Part shown: positions 35,601 through 48,714 of the stretch, piece after piece
How positions within the stretch are numbered: the first letter of the stretch is position 1
How the letters are laid out: each line of letters begins with the position of its first letter
Assembly (NCBI GenBank): GCA_013239625.1
Contig: MU053504.1
Coordinates: forward strand, 2,116,607-2,180,606
Source of the DNA: Lama guanicoe
Lineage: Eukaryota
Direction: 5' to 3'
DNA: 64,000 nt
The notes under the pieces: model-generated
Database searches by the model: none
Told to the model about the DNA's origin: nothing
What the model saw: the letters and a program-made list of their open reading frames with translations, nothing else
Position numbers and translations under genes: made by a program

Positions 35601-36899
35601 GGACAGTCACAGCTTTGGCTGTGAGTAGGGGCTGGAGGTCTGGAGCTGGACTCCTGACCTAGGGCTGGTGAACTGGAAACCTCAGTCCTGCCCAGCACAT
35701 AGCAGTAGCATAGCACTGGGCAAAATGTTGAGAGAAGGAAAAGTCACATCCCCACCCTCCTCACCCCTCTCAGATAGAACTGGGGTCTTCCCACTCTCTT
35801 CCTCAACGTCTCCGGGTCCACCCAACCCCCCCCACCAGGCCCTCCCTTCTGCCACCCCCACCCACTGCTCCTTGGCCTGGATGATTAGGGCTGCACTGGA
35901 AGGGGTGAAAGGCCACAGCTCCAGCCTTCCTGAACTGTGCCCCACCCAGCCGGAGGCCACCTCTTCCCTGGGGAGAAGGGGTGCAAAAGCAGATTATGTC
36001 CTTTCGCGTTTGGATGCAGCCTTCCCACCACAGTCCAGGAAAGAGGGCTTGCTAGAAGGTGATCAGATAATTAGAAGATGCTTAGGTAAAACTAGTGACA
36101 AATTCAGCCTCCTTGATCAAAGAAACACCAATTAAACACTATGATGCCGTTGGTACCACATGACCCATACCCTCAATGGGCATAAGATTATTGTATAAAC
36201 TGGGTTCTGAGGTTGCTGACACCCTCCTTGCCCCTCACAGACAAAACTAAAGGCTAGGCCAACCACTAGAGCCTCCTCTGGGGCTACCCCCTTGGGATGC
36301 TCCTCTGGACCCCTTGGGATGACATCTAACCTGGGCCACTGAAGCACCCAACGGTTATGTGTCAGCTCCCACCGCGGGCCCACCTGGGGGCTCCCCATGG
36401 GAAATACGCTCTGAGGCCACTTGGAGCTGCCAGTCGAGGGGTCAGGGAGGCTGCGGGAACACAGGCGCGTGGGGGCGAATCTCACCTCCATTTGCACAAT
36501 CATGTGACCTCGAACAAGTTGATGAACTTTCCCGCGCCTCAGCGTCCCCGTCTATGAAGTGGAATGGCAAACACAGACCCCACAGCGCGGCTCTGTTGGC
36601 AAACTGGAACGGAGGCTCCCAGGATGCCAACCGGTGGTTGTAAGTGGTGTTAAACCGTGGGGATCCATCTAAGGCTACCCTAGTGGATTGTTACTTCCTC
36701 AGGGGCCCTCTTCGCTGGGGTAGGTGGGTAGGCAGTGTGTAGCTCCAAACCACATAACTGAGAAGCGGAATTTGGGAAGCCTGGATTTCACTCGAATCCT
36801 GGTTGGGAGGGAGTGCGAGGGATGTAGGAGAAACCCTAATTCCTCTACCCAACCCAAAGCTTGGAACTGGGCGAGGCCGGGCTGGTCCAGCCTCCGCGC

Positions 36900-37030
36900 C
36901 TTTCACCACATGGGCCCCGCCCTCGGTCCCGCCCTTCTTCTATCCCGCGCCCCCATTGGTGGCGTCCGGCGGCGCGGCCGCTGTTATTTTTCGAAGATGT
37001 AATGAGGTGGTGGTGGTGGCAGCTTCTGCT
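36900..37030 (+). promoter_or_regulatory. CDC25B core promoter (GC boxes, inverted CCAAT, CHR-like TTCGAA)
   Basis: CCCCGCCC 36915-36922, CCCGCCC 36928-36934, ATTGG 36955-36959, TTCGAA 36990-36995, all within the CpG island upstream of ATG 37255. Confidence 0.7.
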
Positions 37031-37254
37031 TAGAGGCTTCCCGGACTGGCGGCGGGTCCCTGCGTCCCTCCTCCCCTCCCCACCCTCCCCGCTTCCCTCT
37101 CCGCTTCCCTCTCCTCCCTCGCTCCGGCCCCGTTGCTCGTCCTCCCTCCCACCCCCCTCCACCCCGGGCCGGCTCCCTACCTCGTCCCTCGTCCCGGCCA
37201 GCTGTGCCCGGCGCCTCTCGGTTGCCCTCCGCCCAGCCCTCCCGCCCCGCGGAT

Positions 37255-40200
37255 ATGGAGCTGCCCCAGCCGGAGCCCGCGCCAGGCTCGGCTCTCAGTC
37301 CGGCCGCCGTGCGCGGTGGCGCCCAGCGTCCGGGCTACCTCCCGGGCCTCCGCCTGGGGGCACATAGCCTCCTGGGGTCCCCGGAGCGCGCGACCGCTTC
37401 CTCGCCAGTCAGCACCCTCACCCAGACCATGCACGATCTCGCCGGGCTCGGCAGGTAGGGCGCGCCAAGGTTGCTGGGTGTGGGGTGAGAGGCCCGCACT
37501 AGGGTGTTGGTCCTAGGCCTCCTTGTGAACCTGGCATGGGTACCGAATCCAAAAGGCGGAGTAGGGAGGCATCCCGGGCAGAGCCTGTTCAGGGGCCCGA
37601 GACAGGGTTGTGCTGCTCACACCCTCCAGGTGACTTGCTCTTGGCCGGCACAAGCCTTTGGAGACCTTCTTTCCCACCTCCTCCTCCTCCACCATGCTGC
37701 CTCCCTAATCTCAGCAGATCTTCACCATTTTGCCCCAGGCAGGAGATCCTGAGCCTGGAGGGGGGAACTTGAGGTGGCAGACCAGTGGGTTTCCCATAAA
37801 CCCAGGCTCCTGCTCCCTCCTCCAGTTCTTTCCTGGGGTTAAGGGGTTAAGTGCTTGTTCTGCCCCTGTAAGCAAGCCTGCATCTCCAGGCTGGGTTGTC
37901 CTTGTAGCAGTAGAGACCTAAACCTAAACCCTTCCTCCAGAAAGGCTTGTGGATGAGTAGGGGCCTGAAAAGTTTAGGGTAAAGCCCTCCAGGGCTGCTC
38001 TGCTATGCCCTCAGGGTGGCCCCAGCCCACCTCCTCCAGCCTACCTCCTTGCTCTTGCCCTGGGTTCACCTCTCCCTGCACCCAGGAGGACTTTAAATCA
38101 ATCAGTCAAAGAGATGTAGGGCCCGTGTAGAAGGCCTGAGAAGAGGGGAGGCCCTTGATGCCTCACCTTTCTGGGACAGTGCAGAGGCTGGATGGGCCCT
38201 TCAGAAGTGGGTGGCTGGTGGGAACATGGGCCAGCCAGCACTTGAGCCCCACATTTACCTTTCTCCTTCCTTGGGTCCCTGCTCCCTTCCCAGCGAGACC
38301 CCAAAGAGTCAGGTAGGCAGCCTGCTCAAATGCCTATCCCTGTCCCGTCGGGCGTCTGAATCCTCCCTGTCGTCTGAGTCCTCTGAATCTTCTGATGCAG
38401 GTGAGGCCGAGGGGTGCCAGGGGAGTTTGGGAGGGCTGCCTGAGCCTCCCCACTTCGCTACCGATCAGACTAACATCCTTACCACAACCTGGTGGGCCCA
38501 GCAACCTCCCCTTGCCCACTTCTGGTAGGGCTTACCACACCCACCACTGACTGAGCAAGGCGGGCATTGGGCGGGGTCCTGAGATTACCTATTTAAAAAC
38601 AATAGCCAAACCCCCTGAACCACAGCCCCACCTGGGAGGCATTAGAGCTGAAAGTCTGTCATTTTATGACATTCACTTGCTTTCTGCTATCACCATTTCC
38701 TTTAAAAAGCCATTATCTCTTCTAGAACAAATTATTTTAAACTAGTTCAGGAAAAATGCTCAGCAAAGTTTTGGTTTAAAGCCTAGAAGGAGTTTTCATA
38801 GTAAACAGGGAGTGGAGCCCTGTGTAATTTGGGGAGCAGTGTGTCAGCCTTTGGGGTACATGGATGGGTTTTGTTTCATTTTTCAATATGTCAAGATCTA
38901 AAACAAAAAGAGATTTTTCCCTTCTCAGAATAGGGTTGGGATGTGGTGGGGGAAAGAGTACAGGAAATGCCACTACTTTCAAACCAAGGCGCTCTGTCCC
39001 CCAGGTCTCTGCATGGACTCTCCCAGCCCTATGGACCCCCAAGTGGCGGAGCAGACGTGAGTGGAGAAAAGGAGGGGGCACCTGCCCTTAGGAATCTCAG
39101 TTCTAGTATAAACTCACTGGGAAGCCTGGGAGAGCAGACAGACCCCTCTTCATCCCCATATGGGGACACAAATTGACTTCCCATGTCCTGGAATTCTGCT
39201 CTCTGTCTCAGGGAAGGGTCTGCTCTCGCGGGAGCAGCTGAGAGTGGGCTCAGGGCTGGGGGGTAGGGGTCAGTGGCCACAGCGAGCCACTCGTGGGAAT
39301 ATCGGGCCAGTATGTATCTCATTTTTTTCTGCCTATACACATTTTTTCTGTGCAGTATCACAATTTCAAAATATGGTCCAACTAATTCAAAACTTTTTAT
39401 TCACTCTAGGCCAAACAAAACAGTTACTGCAAGCTGGTTTGGCCCTTGGCCATCCTATCAGCAACCTCTAGCTTCAGTGACGTTTGACCCTCTGGCCAAC
39501 TCCTGGACCAGGCCCTTTGTGAGGGGGAGTGGAGAAGTTGGTGGGCTCTGCTCAGCGCAGATCCCTGCTGCTTGGTTGTAGGGCACGAGTAGTACCTCCC
39601 AGAGCACAGCTGTTCGCATCCAGCTGTTCAGGCCCCAGCAAGGAGAGCAGCTGCCAGGCATTACTGGGAACAGCTGGGCATCCTCAGCCTGCGCTGGGAG
39701 ACTGTGGCTTTGGGTTTAGGGCAGTGGCTGTCTTTCTTCCCATTGCCTTTGATCAGACTGGGCTGGGCTGCAGGGTTTGTTCATAAACAGGAAATGGGTA
39801 GAGAATTAGGTGGGGGTGTGGGGACTATAGGCTGGGTTTTGGTGGTAACAGGGCTGTCCCTGCTTTGCCCCCAGGGCCCAGGTGCAGATTGGAAACCAAG
39901 GCAATTAAATTGATCATCCTGATGCCAGGTTGGCTGGGCACAGCCACCCCCCCAACCCTGGGGCCATCCCCCTGACATTTTAGCACTCAGTGCCCACCAC
40001 TATCTCTGCACCTGCTTTGACGGTTACAGTTTCTCAGAAAGAAGTGTGTGTGTATGTGTGTACACACAGACACACAAAAGCCCCGCCTGGCAGGTGGTCT
40101 CTGGTAACATAGCTGAGGGGTGGGGCCTATCTACAGAAGCTTATGCTCCATCCTCAAAAGGAACATCTGTTGGAATTCTTTGCCTGCTGGCCTCTCCTAA

Positions 40201-43200
40201 GGCAGGAGGAGGGGGGTAGGACAGAGGCTGGGTCCTGGAAAATTCCACAGGAGGGAGGAGAGGATGTGACCCTGCACATTGGTCACTAGGGGGTCTGGCA
40301 TGGCAGACTGGGACTGATCCAGGGGCACACTAAACCAGTCCCCTGACCTGGGGGAGCCATAACAGCCCCACACAAGGGGAGAGAAGCCCAGTCTTGCTGG
40401 CATCCAGGCTCTAGAGGCACCCACATTGTCAGGCCAAGGCCTGTCACCATGGGATGGATGGATGCCTTTCCTGGCAGCCATATGGCCCCGCTGAGGTGAT
40501 TTGCATACAGGTGGAAGGCCTGTGGGCAGGCGGGTGAGACCGTTGCCTTGGTAACTCCTCAGCCACCCTGTGACCTACCCCAGCTGTCTCTGTTGCTGCC
40601 ATTCTCCAGGCCTCTTCCATTCAGGGCAGCCTTTAAAATCCCAGGCTGCCTCTCATCTCCCCCCTCCCTGATACCTGGGGCCCCGATAATCTGCATTCTT
40701 CCTACCTTCTCTTTCCCCTGGCTTGAGCCCTGGCCCCTCGGGCCTTGTGGACTGGGGACCTGATGCTGGGGGTGGGTGATGGGCTAAAAGGGAGGTGGGT
40801 TGCATGGGACCCTTTTCTCTCCTAGGTTTGAACAGGCCATCCAGGCAGCCAGCCGAGTCATTCGAAAGTAAGTGCTCAGGCCTTCCTCACACAGGCTCCC
40901 CTGCCCTGTGTGGGTAGAGTAGGCTTTCCCATGGGGGTGCACAGGGCTCTGTGGTGGAGGGGCACCCTGCATGCTGTCTGTCACGGGCTGACTCTCCAAC
41001 CCTGAGTGCCTCCATTTCCTTCTGCAGTGAGCAGTTTACCATCCGACGCTTCCAGTCCTTGCCGGTGAGTGCCCTCTGAGGCCCAACGGGAGGCTCAGGT
41101 CTGCTGGCCAGGAGGGGGGAGGGGCAGGAGGGATCTAGGGTCAACTTTCAGGGTGGACTTGATGTGGTTGGGTGTCCCCAGTTTGGCTGCAGGAGCTGGG
41201 GTTTTGGAGGTAGACAGGTGAGCTGGGGGAGTTGGAGGAGCTATGGGAGAAGGGAGGCCTGGGCTGGTACCAGAGGAAAGCAGCCTTTTGTACCTGCTGC
41301 CCTCCTGGCTGTCTAGGTGAGGCTTCTGGGTCACAGCCCTGTGCTACGGAACATCACCAACTCCCAAGTGCCTGGCACCTGGAGGAAGAGTGCGGCGTGT
41401 GTCCGAGCTGCCCACCGCTCTGAGGAGGACAAAGAGAATGTGCGTGTCCGGAAGGCCAGAGTGGGAGTGATCCAGGGAGAGAAGGGGACTTGCTGCGGTG
41501 GTTCTCTGTCATTTGATGACACACCCTCCTTTGCCCCCTATACTGCCCACAGGATGGATTTGTCTTCAAGATGCCGGGAAAGCCCACCCATCCCGGCCAC
41601 ACTCATGTTCTGGCAGAGTGGGCCAGCCGCAGAGAAGCCTTTGCCCAGAGGCCAAGCTCAGCTCCCGACCTGATGGTATACCAGGAGAGCTGACCCAGGC
41701 AGGGCAGGCGCTCACACAGGACGGGTGCCTGTGAAGGCAGCCGGGGGGACTGGAGGCTGATCCTGAGCCCTGAGGCAGTGGGAACTTTTTCTCAGAAGGC
41801 TGGGCGTGGGGAACGCGAGGCCCCCTGAGTAGCCTGTTCATTCGTTACCCACACAGTGTCTCACCCCTGAGCGGAAGATGGAAACAGAGGAACTGACTCC
41901 CCTGGCCCGATGCCGCTTCTCCCTGACCCCCACCAAGAGGGCTGCCGAAGAAGATGATGGATTCGTGGATATCCTGGAGAGTGACTTAAAGGTAAACAGC
42001 CTTGCCCTGTCAGGCCCCCTACCTCTCCCTCCCTGGGATCTCCCAAAAGAGGAGAGCTCTGAGCTCCTGCAGCAAGACTGTGACCTCATTCCAATGTCAG
42101 AAGAAGAATTGGAGGTAACTGAGTCACAGCCTTTCCTCTGGCCAATCAGAGAAGAGGAGGTGGCTGGTGCTGCAGTGAAGGGACGATGGGCAGGGTGGAG
42201 GGAAGCCTGGCCCTCCTGCATGGCCACACTTCTCACGATTCTTTGTAAGCCCCAGCATTGAGTTGGGCCCTGCAGCTTCCTGGTTCTGGGGGGTCTGCCC
42301 TGTGTGGAGGTGTGAGCAGGGCCAGGGAGGGCTGCTGGCCTGGAGTTTGCTGGGAGAACTAGGCAGGCTGTCCTTGAGGACACGGGGCTTTAGGGGTTGG
42401 ATCTTTGCCTGGGAATTTGACCATGTCCTTGCTAATTTGGCCTCAGGAGGAAGATGTAGTCCCCCCAGGCATGGAGAGCCTTATTAGTGCCCCGCTGGTC
42501 AAGACCTCAGAAAAGGAAGAGGAGCAGGTGAGCTTCTGGGGTAGCCCCTCAGAACTTGGAGGGGTGGGCCCTACCCCCAGGTGGGATTTGGGTTGAAGGG
42601 CAGGGGCGGGGCACTCTGACCTGCCACTGCTGTTCCCGCCAGGACCTCATCATGTACAGCAAGTGCCAGCGGCTCTTCCGCTCCCCGTCCATGCCCTGCA
42701 CCGTGATCCGGCCCATCCTTAAGAGGCTGGAGCGCCCCCAGGACAGGGACCTGCCTGTGCAGAACAAGCGGAGGAGGAGCGTGACCCCTTCAGAGGAGGA
42801 GCAGTGGGAGGCTGAGGGGCCTGTGAGTGCCCTCCTCCGGGGATGGGGCGGGGCTGGGCTGGGCTGGGTGGCCACCCTCCAAGGCCGCCCTGCAAGCTCT
42901 TCTCAGCCGGGTTTGTGGCAGAGGGCAGGGTGCAGGGAAGGGGGTACTAGTCAGACAGGGCACTGAGGGGCAGCCTCACCCCGATCCTGCCGCCGTCTGC
43001 CCCACAGAAAGCCCGTGTTCTCCGCTCTAAGTCCTTATGTCATGACGAGATCGAGAACATTCTGGACAGTGACCACCGAGAACTGATCGGGGATTACTCC
43101 AAGGTACCAGCAGTGAGCGGCCCTCTCAGGAGGCTCGACCCCTTACCAACTGTGGCCCCTGAGCCCAGCAGCTGCTTCAGTGACATCCTCTCTCCCCAGA

Positions 43201-45369
43201 GGCCCCCTGGCTTTGTCCTTTGCGTCTTTTCCTTTATTTTCATCTAGACTCCTGTCTCTGGCTCTCCTTGGTCTCCTGACTCCACCTCAAATCTGTCCAG
43301 GGCATCAATGGTATCTCAACCCTGGAAAACATTTCCAAACTGTAATATCTAGCTTGGAGCCTCCTTGGGCTTCATCCTGGGGCTTGGCAAAGCATGGGGG
43401 CAGGAGGAATGGGGGTTCATCTCTTCTGCTCCCCATCTTCATTTCCCCTTGAAGGCTATTCCCTGGGGATTGACCCTAGAGGTGCATCTTGGTTGCTATG
43501 GGAACCAGAGCTGAAGTTGAAGGTCAAAGCATGTGTGGCCTTTGGGCTTGGGGAAAAAACTGCATCTTTTCCAGGTTCCCAGTCTTACCAATTTCACTTT
43601 GTTTCTCCTTTCTCTCTCCACTTCCCTTCAGGCCTTCCTCCTACAGACTGTGGATGGAAAGCACCAAGACCTCAAGTACATCTCACCAGAAACGGTATGC
43701 AGGGATGAGCTTTTTTCCTGGTGCATTCTTCTGTTTGCCTGTTAACCTTGCCTGGGGTCGGGCTGCCAGCACTGGGTTAGCAGCAGTGTTAGGGGCCAGT
43801 CCCTGCCTGCCAGCCTGACCTGTTGGAACCCTCCTCCGTGGCCTCCTACAGATGGTGGCCCTGCTGACAGGGAAGTTCAGCAATATCGTGGAGAGGTTTG
43901 TGATTGTGGACTGCAGATATCCTTACGAGTACGAAGGCGGGCACATCAAGGTGAGTCAGGGTGATGGGAGAGGCCCTGAAGACTCACCCAGTCCTACCCT
44001 TTCTCTGCCTGGAGGATGAATCTGTAGTAGGTGGGTGTACCTTCTCGTGGGGAAGGATTCTGCCCAGCAAGAGTCAGCGTCACTTGTCTGAAAGATGGGG
44101 ACTGCATAGGGGAGGGTCGACTGCCCAGGGCTGTGGCCTGAACTCCGGCTCCTCCGGCAGACTGCTGTGAACCTGCCTCTGGAACGTGACGCCGAGACCT
44201 TCCTGCTACAGAGCCCCATCACACCCTGCAGCCTGGACAAGAGAATCATCCTCATTTTCCACTGTGAATTCTCATCTGAGCGGGGGCCTCGCATGTGAGT
44301 CCCAGCTCCGCCCAGCCTGCTAGTACTTCTCCTGACCTTCCTTGGCCAAGCTGGTGGGTGCTGGAGTCAGCTGATGGCCAAGACACCCGAGCCCAGCCCC
44401 AGCCCCTTCTCAGCCTTGGCCCCTGTCTCATCTGATGCCTTGGAGCAGACCTCATGCCACCGTCCTTCCCATCAGGCCTCACATCTATCCTCTGTTGCTG
44501 CTACCCCTGCAAAATCCAAGTCTCCAGCAGCATCCTTACAATCCAGGGGCTCTGTCCCAGTCCTCAGTGACACTGACCTTTCCAGTGTTCCACTGTCCTT
44601 TCCTCTCTTTACCTCACCAAGTCTTGCCCAGACTTCCTGAATGTATCTCCTGAATTTTGCCTGCCTCTCTCTTTTCTGCCTCCCCTTTCCCGGTTCAGGG
44701 GAAATGTCTCTGACGAAGATTGTGCAACTGTCTCCTAGAAACAGAGCCCCCTTGATTTGCTTCCTTCCATCTCCCCAACTGCTTCCGTACCCAGCTAGCC
44801 AGACTGAGCTCAAAGTGTTCTTGGGGCTGACATTCTTGCACAGAAGCCTTCTGCGGTTCCCCAAGGCTCTCAAAGGAGTCAGTGCAGGGAACAGGTCCCC
44901 TGATGGACACCCCGCTGCGTGCCCAGCTCTCACCCCCACACCCCTGCTCATCCCAGGTGCCGTTTCATCAGGGAACGAGACAGGGCCTCCAACGACTACC
45001 CCAGCCTCTACTATCCTGAGATGTATATCCTCAAAGGCGGCTACAAGGAATTCTTCCCACAGCACCCGGTACTATGGGTGGGGTGGCCGCAGCCTGCGTG
45101 GGAGGGTTGGACTAGAGGCAAAGGGCTCGGCCAGGCTGTAGCCCTTAAAGAAGGAGAAGGGAGGGGTGGGTCCCCCCACAAAGTTATCCATTTCCCCAGA
45201 TTGATTGGCCCTTCCCATCCTGCCCTAGACGTTCTGTGAGCCCCAGAACTACCGGCCCATGAACCACGAGGCCTTCAAGGAAGAGCTGAAGGCCTTCCGC
45301 CTCAAGACGCGCAGCTGGGCTGGGGAGCGAAGCCGGCGGGAGCTCTGCAGCCGCCTGCAGGACCAGTGA
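37255..45369 (+). CDS. CDC25B: M-phase inducer phosphatase 2 (CDC25B), 574 aa, 16 coding exons
   Basis: Exons: 37255-37454, 38294-38400, 39005-39056, 40826-40867, 41028-41064, 41317-41439, 41553-41675, 41857-41991, 42447-42527, 42643-42822, 43008-43103, 43632-43694, 43852-43950, 44161-44294, 44957-45068, 45229-45369 = 1725 nt. Motifs: [28 protein letters not shown], catalytic HCEFSSER (44260-44283), C-terminus CSRLQDQ*. Confidence 0.97.
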
Positions 45370-46521
45370 ACCGCCAGCAACCATCCCACCCATCTTCCTT
45401 GCCTTGTGTGACCTGGGCACCAGCAGCCCAGTGGCTTGCAGGGCCGCGGGTCTGCTAGAGGCCCCAGGTGCTGTCCAGATGAAAGATGGTGACGGTGTCC
45501 CGTCCATCTGCTCCAGCCCTGACGCCTCTGTCTCACTCCAGTCATACTCCATATCCTGGTGACACCCCTACCCCCACCCCGGAAGAGCCCAGCCTGCTGA
45601 CTTCGTGCCATTGGATTAAGTCTAGCTCAAAGGAAGTATTCTCTGTCCAGCAGGAGCCTTTTTGTTTTTTTCCTTCCTTGTTTGGGTTAACTGTTTGTCT
45701 TCCTGTATCCAGAAAAGCCCCCCTTTTTCCTAGGGGCTTTGTTTGTATGTATGAGGCTGAGGGAGAGCGACAGCCCCCAGGATGGGTGGCAGCTGCGCTC
45801 CCGGCCCTAGGGGTCAGCGCCGCCCTGCCCCAGGCCGTCTACAGCACTTCCAAGTGTGTCACATTGCTCTCCTCTCTCTTCCCCTTCCTCCTGTCCCTCC
45901 ATGTGAACACATCCAGCAGAGAGATAAGCTCTTACTCTTTCCTGTTTCAATGTTATCTGCATGCTTGATTTGTCTGGTTTGCCCATCTCAGGACGTTCAC
46001 AGGCTGAGGTTTAGGCTCCCCTTGTCCAGCTAGGGCTAAGGGCTCAAACATTAATAACTCTCTTGGCCCTGGCTTCTGTTGCTTCAGAAAAGGATGTTAG
46101 TATTTGCAGGGGCCTTTTGGATGAGGGCTAAGGCCTGTGTCCTGAGCCCACTGGGAGCCCAGCTCTCGATACTGTGAACCCCAGAGCCTGAAGCCATTTC
46201 AGAACTTGCTGCTGTCTTGTCATGGACAGACAGACGGATGAATGGAAGAGTGGTGGACGGATGGATGGCCAGGAATGCACACTGCCTTGTCCACAAACTG
46301 CTGAGTGGAAGCATTTCAGTGAGTGTGACAGCCTGCGGCCAGAGTATATGTGTGCCTGTCTGTGTGGACAAAAATCTCTACACTTTAAGGTTTGGAGATA
46401 TTCAAAAGGAACTGTCATGGAAGCAGCTAAACCAAGGACAACCATCTCTGGATTCTGAATCTCAGGAAGTGGGCAGGGCTTTTTGAGGGCCCTGATGAGT
46501 CATCTGCTAGGGTCTTGGTTC

Positions 46522-46527
46522 AATAAA
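46522..46527 (+). terminator. Likely polyadenylation signal of CDC25B
   Basis: AATAAA about 1.15 kb after the stop. Confidence 0.75.
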
Positions 46528-48714
46528 GCACTGAGCAAGCTGAGTAAGCAGCATCGTGTCCGGGGAGCCCTTGACAGGACCATGGCAGCCCTGGTTGGTG
46601 GGAAAGGGCAGGGGAAGCTCAGCGGATTGGGGCTGGAAGACTCCTGGGGAGGTGGCCTCATACTCCCCCCAAGTCTTGCCAAGATTTTGGATTCAGCCTC
46701 CCCCCTCATCTGACTGCTCGGGCACTTATGGGCTCACCCCTCCTAAAACTGCATCAAGGCAAGAGTGACGCCATCATTTCTCTCCTCTAGAATTGTCAGT
46801 GCCCTCACCATCATTGCCCTCAGATAAACTTCAGTCTCCTGGCATGGCCCTTTTGGACGTGGGCCCTCCGCAGCTCCCACCTCACCTTCCAGAATCAAAT
46901 CTACCATACGTTGCTCTTCACATTTCCTTGTCTTTGCATCTGCTGTATTATCCTCAGGAATGCTCTCACCCATCTGTTATTCCTCCTTTAAAATTCAATT
47001 TCAAATGTTATGTCCTCCCAGAATCCTTCCTGCCCTATAAGGGAAATGGCTTTCCTTTCAGTATCTCCAGCACCCAGTAGAGGTTCCACCACCTAGGTGG
47101 TGCCAAGTTCAAGATTAAGAGAGTGTGAAAGGGTCAATCTGGGAGAGCTCATCCCAGGCCCAAACCTGGGTGTGTCAGGAAATCCCCTTGGAACACCACA
47201 GCGTATGACCCTCCCCACCCCCACCTCCCCACCCCTAATATGAGCTCTCTGTGATTGTAGAGACTCCTTTGCAAATGTACAAATAAGATACTGCCTGATA
47301 GAGTGCACACACATGTCAGGTGTCATTAGCTTCATCTACCTTGCAATGATTATTTGCTCCATACTGCAGATGGAAAAATGGAGGCTATTTCTTACCAGAG
47401 CAACAAGAAGGGACTTCAGTTTCTCAGGCTGAGTCTAAAGGACACTTACCCTGTCTCCAGCTTGCCTCCTGCCCCCTCCCCCTGCCCCCAATTTCTTAAA
47501 CCCCTCCAAGGCTTGGTCTTCACTCCTGGTCTGGACCCCTCTGTAAGGGCACAACAGGTGGGAGGGGTGGGTGTCTTGAAGGGCTGGACATCTACTCAGG
47601 GAAGGAGGGGTCCCAAAGCTTCCAGAAGTCCCCTCCACTGAGCAGGCAGCTGACACCAAGGCTGGCATTTATTTGGATGAGGGGATTTGCCCCCTAAAAG
47701 GGAAAATAGCTGGGCACACCCCTGAGAAAGAGGGAGAAGTAGGGGGAGAGGAGAGAGTGAGCCCTGGGCACAGTCATGTTGAGACTTGCTGGCACCACCC
47801 TGAGTGGTCAGGTGGTCTGGTTTTATGAGGAGCAAGGCAGATGCTCAGAGAGGGCACTCACTTGCTCCAGGTCACACAGTAAATACAATCTGAGCAGATA
47901 TTTCAGCTGCCAGGACTCCTACTCCTTACCTCCCACCTCTGGTCCAGAGAGCCAAGGGGGTGGGGTTAGGCTGCCTGGCCCCTGCTCTGAGTCCTTTTAC
48001 CACTCGGTCCTGGATCAGGCCACACAGGAAGGAGAAAACAATGGGTGCTATGTCCAACAATGCCCAGACTGTGTGCCAGGTGCAGATAGCTGCGGCCATA
48101 TCTGCCCCACTTAGAACGCACCATCAGAGTCACAGATGCGGTCTTGGGGCACTTAGTCGGCTCCATACACGTTTACCTATTGTCTCCTAAGCACATCAGG
48201 TCGCTATGCAGCTCATTTTGCAGGAAAACCAAAATAGGAAGGCAGGCAGGGGGCCCTGGTCAAGCAAGGAGATGAAATTTCTTCCCAAAGAGAATACCCT
48301 GCTGCTGACATCTACCTTGAGGGAAGTGTGGGCCTGGTCTCCATAGAGGGGACACCAGGTCAGGACCCTCCTACTTCTGGGAAGTTCAGGGGATGGGGCA
48401 GAGGTGCCCCAACCCCCTTCTCACCAGGAAGAGAAGCTATAACTTTATTCCTGAATGTTCATAAAGAGAAGTGTATCAGGCAAGGAAGCGGTTTAAAATC
48501 CTGGGCTGCTAGCCAGTTTTAGAGGTTGTTTTGCTTGGGCCAAGGCGGGGCAGGAATTCCCGCCGACAGCCAGCTAGCCGCTGACTCACATGGTTAAAGA
48601 GCTGCATGGGGCTGGGCCCAGGTTGGGAGCCAGCCTGTGCAGGCCTGTCAGCAGGCACCACGGGGGCTGGGCATCATCAGAACTGCTCAATGGGTAACTT
48701 GCAATGACAATTTA

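Noticed and set aside
37002..37367. Out-of-frame ORF (MRWWWW...) overlapping the CDC25B start
   Set aside because: Its ATG sits within the core promoter elements, probably upstream of the transcription start.
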